From positions 4,225-68,224 of the forward strand of contig CBDAFF010000083.1 of assembly GCA_965195195.1 (NCBI GenBank): a DNA stretch of 64,000 nucleotides, written 5' to 3'. The notes beneath the pieces were generated by a model that was not told the DNA's origin, did no database searches, and saw only the letters and a list, made by a program, of their open reading frames with translations. The number at the start of each line of letters is the position of its first letter. The stretch's first letter is position 1. Positions 40,198-48,190 of the stretch are shown here, in pieces. A program made the translations under genes and the position numbers. This DNA is from an uncultured Anaerolineales bacterium (lineage in GTDB: Bacteria > Chloroflexota > Anaerolineae > Anaerolineales > E44-bin32).

Positions 40198-40542
40198 ATG
40201 AGGATCGCGATTGTGGGCCCCTGCGGATCTGGTAAAACCGTCCTGGTCAACGGACTGAAGCAGCACGATTATCATGCCCGTCAGATCGCACAGGAGCACT
40301 CCTTCGTACGAGATATGTGGCAGGTGCTGACGAAACCGGATATCTTAATCTACCTGGACGCGAGCTATGAAACGTGCACAGAGCGGAAGGCGCTAAACTG
40401 GAAGCAGCATGAATATACAGAGCAACTCCGTCGATTGGCGCACGCTCGAGAGCACTGCGATATCTATGTCTCAACGGATGACCTGTCACCCGAGCAAGTC
40501 TTGAAAGAGATCTTGGTCCAGCTTCAAGGGATTTCAAGCTAA
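40198..40542 (+). CDS. Small P-loop NTPase (114 aa)
   Basis: Walker A motif at the extreme N-terminus (IAIVGPCGSGKT) and a Walker-B-like ILIYLD. Confidence 0.6.
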   Translation: MRIAIVGPCGSGKTVLVNGLKQHDYHARQIAQEHSFVRDMWQVLTKPDILIYLDASYETCTERKALNWKQHEYTEQLRRLAHAREHCDIYVSTDDLSPEQVLKEILVQLQGISS

Positions 40543-40577
40543 GGCTGGTCTAATTTCCCCGCCACAGACCTTCCTGG

Positions 40578-40865
40578 CTGTCATTTCGAGTGAACCGTGC
40601 AACCGTAAGGGAATGATAGTGTGCCGCCACCTGTCATGCTGAACCCATTCGGCTTCGCTCCCCGCTCCCTCCGGTCGGGGACTTCGCCCCACAAACTGAA
40701 TGGGACTTCGCAGGCTAAACTCCGTGGAGCATCTCGTTCTTCGACATTATGGGTACTTCCCGCCGAGAACGAGCTTCTTCGCTTCCTGCGGTCGCTCAGA
40801 ATGACAATGAAGGAAGGGTTCTGCAATACCAAATGTCATTTCGAGCGATGCGAGAAATCCCTATG
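40578..40865. repeat. Intergenic modular repeat, copy A
   Basis: Shares long, near-identical stretches with 62527..62737. Examples are CATGCTGAACCC.TTCG.CTTCGCTCCCC.CTCCCTCCGGTCGGGGACTTCGCCCC, CTCAGAATGACA and TGTCATTTCGAGCGA.GCGAGAAATCCCT. Confidence 0.75.
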
Positions 40866-40916
40866 ATGTTACTCAGAATGGTCCCTTCCTTGAAACACAG
40901 CGGAATAGAATGAATA

Positions 40917-40946
40917 CGAAAAAGGCCAGACATCTGCTGTCTGGCC
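40917..40946 (-). terminator. Rho-independent terminator of the giant surface-protein gene
   Basis: GGCCAGACA-gcaga-TGTCTGGCC stem-loop followed by TTTTTCG on the minus strand, 46 nt after the stop codon. Confidence 0.7.
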
Positions 40947-40991
40947 TGATATTTCACCCTCGATTTTCGAGCCGGTTGCCGTTCGCCTCTC

Positions 40992-43900
40992 TTATCTCGG
41001 CCGTGGAGAGCGCTTCACTTTCCCCCACCAGGAGAGGATAAATGGGGTCACGAGCATCGCTACAGGGATCAGGAAGGCGATGGCTGCTTCGATGGTTCCA
41101 TCGGATTGCGTTGATGCCATTGCCCAAGATGAGAAGGGAGCCCCCAAGGCAGTAGGTCCATTAATCTCTGCAGGGCCGGTGGCAGTTGTGCCGTTCGTCG
41201 ATGTGATCGTCGCCGTGAAAGTACAAGCTACTCCCGAAGGACCCGCTTGAACGTCTGCAGTGGTGAGAAGACCATCTCCCGCATCCATCGAACCTGATGT
41301 AATGATGGGATTTGGTGTCAAGAGTGTGCAATCACCGGTTACTGCTCCGCTTATCACTATTCCATAAGCGGTTCCCGGTCCACTATTGCCAAAGAGCAAG
41401 TCAAAAGTGAAAACTTCATTTGGATTCAAAGTTACAGCAGAAGGCGAAACGCTGATAAACATTTGTGGATCAGGAACTGGATTGACTACGATCGTCACAC
41501 TCGCCGAGGAACATACAGGACTTGGATCACAGATTTCATAGGTGAACGTGTCCGTTCCGTTGTAATTGTTGTTTGGCATGTAGGTAAAGGAACCATCACT
41601 TCCGAACGCTAATGTTCCATTGCTGACATTCGAAACCAACGTGGGTGAAAACGGATCCCCATCCACATCGTAGTCGTTCGTCAGCACACCTGGAGCGGTA
41701 ATAACTAATGGGGTTAGGGTGTCTTCATCGACGTTATAAGGTCCATCATCTATTGCCACCGGCGGGTCGTTCACCGCATTCACCGTGATCGTCACAGTAG
41801 CCGCTGGGCTCGTATCCGAAGTCTCATCAGGCGCCAACGCACCACTATCCGTGATCTCATATTGGAAGGTCGTCGTTCCGTTGTAATCCGGCGCTGGCAC
41901 AAAGCTAAAGGAGCCATCATCATTCAGGTTGACTGTCCCCTCTGATGGCGGTGGCGTTGCCACCACCGATAGCGTAAGCAGTATGTCACCTAGGCCCGTG
42001 TCGTTGCTCAGCATACCCGGCGCTGATACGTTCAGCGTCACGTCCTCATCCGTGCTGTATCCAGGATCGGCGTTCGCCACCGGTACGTCGTTCACTGGCG
42101 TTACTGCCAAGTCTACTATTGCCGTATCGCACAGCGTTGGCGAAGGTACTCCAGGATCACATATTTCATACTCAAAGCTGTCCGGTCCTCGGTAGTCCGC
42201 GTTCGGCGTGTAATCGAACGATCCATCTGCATACAGCGTCAGCGTCCCATTGCTCACATCGGTCACCGGCGTGGTATTCACCACCAATGTGTCCCACAAT
42301 GGCACGGTCACATCATCCGCAGGATCGCTGTCATTTGTTCTCACCCCCGGTGCAACTTCGTTTAGAATCTCATCTTCACTGACACTATAGCTGTCACCCA
42401 CCGCGTCAGGCGGGTCGTTCACCGAATTCACTGTGATCGTCACCGTGGCCGCTGCACTCGTCTCCGATGTCTCATCAGGCGCTAACGCACCACTGTCCGT
42501 GATCGTGTATACAAAGCTGTCCGACCCGTTGTAGTTCGCCGCTGGCGTGTAGCTGAACGATCCATCATTGTTCAGTGTGAACCCGCCCGGCGCAGCATTT
42601 GTCGGCCCGCTCACCAAATTCAGTGTCAGCAGAATATCCCCTAGCCCCGTGTCATTACTCAGCACTCCGGGCGCTGATGCGTTAAGCGTCGTGTCCTCAT
42701 TTGTGCTGTATCCAGGATCGGCGTTCGCCACCGGTACATCGTTCACCGGGTCCACCGTGATCGTCACCGTTACCGCTGCACTTGTCTCCGATGTCTCCCC
42801 AGGCAGCGTTCCACTGTCCGTGATCGTGTATACAAAGCTGTCCGTACCACGATAGTCCGCCTCCGGCGTGTAGCTGAACGATCCATCATTGTTCAGTGTG
42901 AACCCGCTCGGCGCCGCATTTGTCGGCCCGCTCACCAAATTCAGTGTCAGCAGAATATCGCCCAGGCCCGTGTCATTGCTCAGCACGCCCGGCGCCGATG
43001 CGTTCAGCGTTACGTCCTCATCCGTGCTGTATCCAGGATCGGCGTTCGCCACCGGTACATCGTTCACCGGGTCCACCGTGATCGATACCGTCGCCGTGTT
43101 CGACGTCGCTCCCTGATTATCATCCACCGTATACGTGAAGCTGTCTAAGCCCCGGTAATCCGCATTCGGCGTGTAATCCACTGTGCCGTCGCTTTTTGCT
43201 GTCGCCGTGCCATTAGTCGGACCAGTTATCACCACTACCGACGTAACATCAATCGTCCCATCCACATCCGTGTCACCATCAACCACGTTGATGTTAAAGT
43301 CGATGCTGTCCTCATCCAGTGTGGCACTGTCATTATCCGCCACCGGCGGGTCGTTCACCGAGTTCACCGTTATCGTCACCGTCGCTGATCCACTCGTCTC
43401 CGATGTCTCCCCAGGCAGCGTTCCACTGTCCGTGATCGTGTAATCAAAGCTGTCCGTCCCGAACCAGTTCGCCGCCGGCGTATAGCTAAAAGATCCATCA
43501 TTGTTCAGTGTGAACCCGCTCGGCGCCGCATTTGTCGGCCCGCTCACCAAATTCAGTGTCAGCGGAATATCGCCCAGGCCCGTGTCATTGCTCAGCACGC
43601 CCGGCGCCGATGCGTTAAGCGTCGTGTCCTCATTTGTGCTGTATCCAGGATCGGCGTTCGCCACCGGTACATCGTTCACCGGGTCCACCGTGATCGATAC
43701 CGTCGCCGTGTTCGACGTCGCTCCCAGATTATCATCCACCGTATACGTGAAGCTGTCTAAGCCCCGGTAATCCGCATTCGGCGTGTAATCCACTGTGCCG
43801 TCGCTTTGTGCCGTCGCCGTACCATTACTCGGCCCAGTGGTCACCACTACCGTCGTATCATCAATCGTCCCATCTACATCCGTGTCACCCGCGGTCACGT

Positions 43901-45569
43901 CGATGTTGAAGTCGATGCTGTCCTCATCCAGGGTCGCACTGTCATTATCCGCTTCTGGCGGGTCGTTCACGGAATTCACCGTGATCGTCACCGTCGCTGT
44001 GTCACAAAGTGATGGCGGTGGCACTCCAGGATCACACACCTCATAAACAAAAGTTTCAATTCCGTTAAAGTTCAGGACTGAATCATAGTAAATGGCGCCC
44101 GTGTCATATAAAGTCAGGAAGCCACCCGCATCTGGTGTGCTTATTGGAGTTGTATTAACTGTCAGCGTATCCCAATAATCCGGTGGGACTAAGTCATCCC
44201 CATCACTGTCGTTAACACGCAAACCAGGACTCGCAAACTGAAGTGGGGGACCGTCCTCATCAATCGTGTATGAGTCATCGATTGCGATAGGTGCATCCGG
44301 AATGGATATGACAGTAATCTCCACATCCGCAATATCACACAAACTCCCTGCATCACACGCCCGATAGCTGAAAGTAACCAGTCCGTTGGTATTTAGTTCG
44401 GGTGTGAAGGTGAAAGTGCCATCCAGGTTCAGATTCAATGTTCCACTCGATGGGCCGCTTACTACTTGCGCAGTGAGCACATCCGGAGTCCCATTCCAAA
44501 GTAAATCTACATCATTCCCCAAGACGCCCCCAACCGGAGCGTCCGAATTCGGATCGGAAATAACAAGAGTTGTGTCCTCATTAATACTGTAATCGTCATC
44601 ATAAGCAGTTGGCGCCCCAGTAGGTGTGCTGGTCGGGGTCGGAGTAAAGACATAGACAGGCCTGTAAAAGACCGCAGTCTCGATATTGTCCCCCCAAGTA
44701 TGAACCTCGTTTATGAGAACCTGTCCAGCGACTGTATTCTGCGCATTCGCCTGAAAGGTGAAACTCGGCAATGTGAAGCCACCTTGCGAAATAATTAACG
44801 CCGGACTGAATTGCCAGTAAACCGCAGGGCCTGTAAGGACTCCATCGGGATCAGGACATGGTCCGAAAGTCCCACCTTGATTAGCTGAACCAGGAACATA
44901 TGTCATATCGGCTGGCAGAAAATCACAAATGAGGGTTACTTCGGCAGGTGGAATACTTCCCCAATTTATCACCATTACTTCAAAATCGACCGTGACCGGT
45001 GCGGGTCCAGGTGGGATCTTATAGGGATTGGCAATTTTGACCGGATACACACGCGGCGTCGGCGTCGGCGTATTAGTGGGCGTGGGTGTAATTGTGGGTG
45101 TGTCCGTAGTTGTCGGCGTGAAAGTTGGAATCCACGTGTTTGTTGCTGTGGGCGTATTCGTCGGTGTTGGCGTGCTCGTCGGCGTGGAAGTTACCGTGGG
45201 GGTGCTCGTCGGCAGAGCCGTTGGAGAAGGCGGGTTTGGCGTACAGTTCCCGAGCAGGAAACAGGAATCTGATGGATCCGAAGCGAGAAATATCCCGCCG
45301 CCGTTGTCACCCGCGGCCTCGGCGATGATGAGCGGATTGATGCCGCCAAAGGCGACCGGCGTCCAGATCCCGTAATCTACCGTCAGCCCTGAATGAATCT
45401 CCACATCTTCAAGACCACCGGAGTCGAACCACATGGCGGTCTGCCCGCATCCGAAGAGCACAAAGAAGATTAATAACGCCCACAGCAGCCAGAAGAGAGG
45501 CTGCCGGCGGTCGCCTTCACTCTCTTTATCAGCTCCCATGAGCGTTCTACGATCGATATCGTCGATCAT
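40992..45569 (-). CDS. Giant surface protein/adhesin candidate (1525 aa) with tandem Ig/cadherin-like repeats
   Basis: N-terminal TM segment, a Pro/Thr linker and a DUF11-like segment. At least 10 tandem domains of about 100 aa follow, each opening VNDVPVANADPGYST or VNDPPVADNDSATLDED. The protein ends in a C-terminal TM helix and a basic tail (KVKRSPRPR). Confidence 0.9.
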   Translation of the reverse strand: MIDDIDRRTLMGADKESEGDRRQPLFWLLWALLIFFVLFGCGQTAMWFDSGGLEDVEIHSGLTVDYGIWTPVAFGGINPLIIAEAAGDNGGGIFLASDPSDSCFLLGNCTPNPPSPTALPTSTPTVTSTPTSTPTPTNTPTATNTWIPTFTPTTTDTPTITPTPTNTPTPTPRVYPVKIANPYKIPPGPAPVTVDFEVMVINWGSIPPAEVTLICDFLPADMTYVPGSANQGGTFGPCPDPDGVLTGPAVYWQFSPALIISQGGFTLPSFTFQANAQNTVAGQVLINEVHTWGDNIETAVFYRPVYVFTPTPTSTPTGAPTAYDDDYSINEDTTLVISDPNSDAPVGGVLGNDVDLLWNGTPDVLTAQVVSGPSSGTLNLNLDGTFTFTPELNTNGLVTFSYRACDAGSLCDIADVEITVISIPDAPIAIDDSYTIDEDGPPLQFASPGLRVNDSDGDDLVPPDYWDTLTVNTTPISTPDAGGFLTLYDTGAIYYDSVLNFNGIETFVYEVCDPGVPPPSLCDTATVTITVNSVNDPPEADNDSATLDEDSIDFNIDVTAGDTDVDGTIDDTTVVVTTGPSNGTATAQSDGTVDYTPNADYRGLDSFTYTVDDNLGATSNTATVSITVDPVNDVPVANADPGYSTNEDTTLNASAPGVLSNDTGLGDIPLTLNLVSGPTNAAPSGFTLNNDGSFSYTPAANWFGTDSFDYTITDSGTLPGETSETSGSATVTITVNSVNDPPVADNDSATLDEDSIDFNINVVDGDTDVDGTIDVTSVVVITGPTNGTATAKSDGTVDYTPNADYRGLDSFTYTVDDNQGATSNTATVSITVDPVNDVPVANADPGYSTDEDVTLNASAPGVLSNDTGLGDILLTLNLVSGPTNAAPSGFTLNNDGSFSYTPEADYRGTDSFVYTITDSGTLPGETSETSAAVTVTITVDPVNDVPVANADPGYSTNEDTTLNASAPGVLSNDTGLGDILLTLNLVSGPTNAAPGGFTLNNDGSFSYTPAANYNGSDSFVYTITDSGALAPDETSETSAAATVTITVNSVNDPPDAVGDSYSVSEDEILNEVAPGVRTNDSDPADDVTVPLWDTLVVNTTPVTDVSNGTLTLYADGSFDYTPNADYRGPDSFEYEICDPGVPSPTLCDTAIVDLAVTPVNDVPVANADPGYSTDEDVTLNVSAPGMLSNDTGLGDILLTLSVVATPPPSEGTVNLNDDGSFSFVPAPDYNGTTTFQYEITDSGALAPDETSDTSPAATVTITVNAVNDPPVAIDDGPYNVDEDTLTPLVITAPGVLTNDYDVDGDPFSPTLVSNVSNGTLAFGSDGSFTYMPNNNYNGTDTFTYEICDPSPVCSSASVTIVVNPVPDPQMFISVSPSAVTLNPNEVFTFDLLFGNSGPGTAYGIVISGAVTGDCTLLTPNPIITSGSMDAGDGLLTTADVQAGPSGVACTFTATITSTNGTTATGPAEINGPTALGAPFSSWAMASTQSDGTIEAAIAFLIPVAMLVTPFILSWWGKVKRSPRPR
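42540..43990. repeat. Near-identical tandem DNA repeats inside the adhesin gene
   Basis: 42889..43500 and roughly 43501..43990 align base for base with few mismatches, defining a 612-nt unit that encodes two domains. 42568..42888 is a further 321-nt partial unit. Confidence 0.8.
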
Positions 45570-46657
45570 CGTTCCTTCCTGAGCGGCGGCTCACCACTCG
45601 CCGCATCTTTACTCTTCAGATCCTCTTCAACCACGACTTCAGCGGGTTCTGCCACCTTGGTCTCTTCTCCAGTATCCTTCGTTACCGAGCTCTTTGAAAT
45701 AGTCAATTCGCTCCATTGCGGTGCAAATCCACTGATGCGGACCCCTGGTCCGCCCACTTTTATCTTGAGATCTCTGAATAGATCCCGCAGCGCCTTGATC
45801 CTAGTTGAGACAGCCTCACCCACAGGCTGACGAGTAAGCCATTCCAGGCTGCCCTCGATTTCCTTCCATGGGAGATCGAGAATAGGTTGTTCTTCTTGCT
45901 TCCCCAATTCTTTAATGACCACAACTTTTCGCTCCACAGTTGTGGTTTTCGGTAAAGGCCGCATGCTGAGTTCGAGAGAAGTGCCATCCAGATCAATTTC
46001 CCACTCGGAAGAAGCCCATTCCTCATGCATTGACTCAAGGTATTTATGGATTGGGTGATCTGGATCGGAACGATCCTTCGCCAGCCAGATATCGGCGGTT
46101 GGGTTGCTCGTTACCACCCGCCCGCCTGGCTCCACAACCAGCACCCCATCCGGCAGGCTTGCGAGCAGATCCTGCAATTCCCGCCGCCTTCGCTGCAGTT
46201 GAACAACTCTATCGGTTACTTCTTCCTCCAGCATGTCGCCCCTCCGCTGCTGGATCTTCGCCAGACGCTCGTTATCCAGAAGCGCCTGCCGGAATTGCAG
46301 CGCACGGGCGACGACATTGTCGAAGACGCTGTAATGATCAAAGGGTTTCACGAGGTATGCAAAAGCGCCGTTATTCAATGCCTGTACCGCGTTTTCAAGC
46401 GTGGCCCCGGCGGTGACGATGATCACCTGGGTTTGCGGATCGCCTTCTTTCGCCTGCTGCAGCAACTCCAATCCGGTAACCCCGGGCATATAGATATCGC
46501 TCACGACCAGGTCAAAGCTTACATTCTCAAGTTTAACGAGCGCTTCACGCCCGTCTAAAGCTTGATGAATCTCAAGGCCCTGTTTCTCCAGTCTGCGGAC
46601 CATTAATTGCAGCATCGCTGCATCGTCATCAGCGACTAAAACAACTGGGTTAGCCAT
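45566..46657 (-). CDS. Response regulator: receiver plus PAS-like domain, no recognisable output
   Basis: Canonical receiver (VVLVADDD...VVSDIYMPGVTG...VKPF), then a coiled coil and a PAS-like segment. The TGA stop overlaps the adhesin ATG (ATGA). Confidence 0.85.
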   Translation of the reverse strand: MANPVVLVADDDAAMLQLMVRRLEKQGLEIHQALDGREALVKLENVSFDLVVSDIYMPGVTGLELLQQAKEGDPQTQVIIVTAGATLENAVQALNNGAFAYLVKPFDHYSVFDNVVARALQFRQALLDNERLAKIQQRRGDMLEEEVTDRVVQLQRRRRELQDLLASLPDGVLVVEPGGRVVTSNPTADIWLAKDRSDPDHPIHKYLESMHEEWASSEWEIDLDGTSLELSMRPLPKTTTVERKVVVIKELGKQEEQPILDLPWKEIEGSLEWLTRQPVGEAVSTRIKALRDLFRDLKIKVGGPGVRISGFAPQWSELTISKSSVTKDTGEETKVAEPAEVVVEEDLKSKDAASGEPPLRKER

Positions 46658-46726
46658 TCTTCACATCTTTCCTTCTCTACAGCTTTTTCCTAATCCTACA
46701 AACGGTTCAAGATATTCACCAAGTCG

Positions 46727-48190
46727 TCAAGCCAGCTCCCTTTCCCCCTCGGCAATGGGCAAGGAGATCGCGATTGTGCTTCCTACAGTGCCCTGTCCCC
46801 TAACCCAGACCTGGCCTCCCATTCGATTAACAATTGCTTTGACCATCTCCAATCCAAAACCCTCGAGCTCTTGCAGGTATTCCGCCCCCTCTAATTCATT
46901 TTCTTCCACGGTACCTGGCTTCCGTTTCTGCAAACCATCATCCGTTACTTCAATCCAGACAAGATCTTGATGCCTCTTCCCGGAAACTCTTACGGAACCG
47001 CCACGCGAACTTCGAGCGGCTGCACGATTGATGAGGCCCTGAAGCATCCTCTCGAAGACACTTTTCTCTACACGGATTTCAGGAAGATCATCCTCGATCT
47101 CGAGGGCCAAGTGTATATCGCGCTCTTTATTCAACTCGTCAAAACGTGTTTGGAGATCTTTGTTCGCAACCTCCGTAACCGCAACCTCGCCCGTCTGGTA
47201 CCCGATCCCCGCTTCCACACGGACCAAGGAGATTAATTCATCCATCCAATTTTGTATCCTGCCCAGCAACTTAGCGAGCTGATAGACCGTTGCTGATCGA
47301 TCTTCATCAGAGATTTCCGATGCATCTCCCAACTCGGCTAATCGTGATACAGCTTGTGCTAAAGGCAGACGGATTTTTCCAGCTGCTTCTGTTAACATCC
47401 GCATTTTTAATTCATCGAGATTCTTCAGATGCGTAATGTCTCGGCAGATCATGACCCAACCCCGTCCACCATCGCCTCCTTCAACGATCGAAGCCAGACT
47501 TACAAGCTGCAGCGCATCATCTGGCCAATTTAACTCGGCAACCGTCGGCTCTGAATCGCCAATCGTCTGCCATCCATCCAGCAAATCCACCAATGCCATC
47601 GGCAAGACCTCATGCGCGTTCGAGCCAATTAGATCTGATCTCCCAAACAAGTGCGCTGCGGATGGGTTGGCAACGGAGATCGTACCGGTTTGATCGACGG
47701 AGATAATGGCATCACCACTATGAGTCATCAACGCTTGCAGGCGTGAGGCCTCAGCCGTCAGTTGATCGTTCAGGCGATCACGATCGAACAGCAGGTTCCG
47801 ATGTTGTGCAGCTCGACCTACTGCTAGCGATAGCTCTCCAATCGTCTCCAGCGGCTTAAGCAGGTAATCGAAAGCACCATCTTCCCGCATCGCCGAGACG
47901 GCGTTTTCAACCTGACCTGATGCGGTAATGACAATAACCTCAAGCCATGGATCCAATTTTTTCGCCTGGCGCAGTAGATCCAGCCCTGACACTTTTGGCA
48001 TCATCAAATCGGTCACAAGGACTTCGAAGGATTCTTCCTGCAGACGCGCAAGAGCCTGCTTCCCATCACTCGCTTTTTCGACTTCGAAGCCTTTTCGCTC
48101 CAGATGGCCAGCCATCAAGGTGCTATAGGCTTCCTCGTCATCAACGACTAGAACTCGCGACATTCTTCTCAACTTCCATGGGTTGTTCAT
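46727..48190 (-). CDS. Receiver-PAS-kinase-like hybrid protein; the H-box appears to lack His
   Basis: Canonical receiver (VLVVDDEE...LVTDLMMPKVSG). The HATPase has DDG and GFGLE boxes. The expected H-box reads MLTEAAGKIRLPL rather than ..SHE.RTPL. Confidence 0.8.
   Translation of the reverse strand: MNNPWKLRRMSRVLVVDDEEAYSTLMAGHLERKGFEVEKASDGKQALARLQEESFEVLVTDLMMPKVSGLDLLRQAKKLDPWLEVIVITASGQVENAVSAMREDGAFDYLLKPLETIGELSLAVGRAAQHRNLLFDRDRLNDQLTAEASRLQALMTHSGDAIISVDQTGTISVANPSAAHLFGRSDLIGSNAHEVLPMALVDLLDGWQTIGDSEPTVAELNWPDDALQLVSLASIVEGGDGGRGWVMICRDITHLKNLDELKMRMLTEAAGKIRLPLAQAVSRLAELGDASEISDEDRSATVYQLAKLLGRIQNWMDELISLVRVEAGIGYQTGEVAVTEVANKDLQTRFDELNKERDIHLALEIEDDLPEIRVEKSVFERMLQGLINRAAARSSRGGSVRVSGKRHQDLVWIEVTDDGLQKRKPGTVEENELEGAEYLQELEGFGLEMVKAIVNRMGGQVWVRGQGTVGSTIAISLPIAEGERELA

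Noticed and set aside
40581-40866. ORFs of 81-83 aa on both strands over repeat copy A, and the 66-aa ORF at 54224..54424 over copy B.
   Set aside because: They are translations of the intergenic repeat element. The same sequence recurs non-codingly in both orientations and no ribosome-binding sites are present.
42540-43990. Regularly spaced repeats that could superficially suggest a CRISPR-like array.
   Set aside because: The repeat units are 300-600 nt long, contiguous and without unique spacers. They are in frame within a continuous 1525-codon gene. No cas genes are present.
45028-45375. Antisense ORF rich in VGVGV repeats opposite the adhesin gene. Similar ORFs lie at 52065..52457, 52695..52904, 53202..53453, 57405..57758 and 58533..58838.
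   Set aside because: These are mirror-strand readings of ACN/CCN (Thr/Pro) linker codons. They lie wholly inside well-supported genes and have extreme low complexity.
46030-46558. 128-aa and 170-aa ORFs antisense to the REC-PAS gene.
   Set aside because: They are nested opposite a gene with canonical receiver motifs. Their Arg/Pro/Ala-rich composition is typical of antisense frames.
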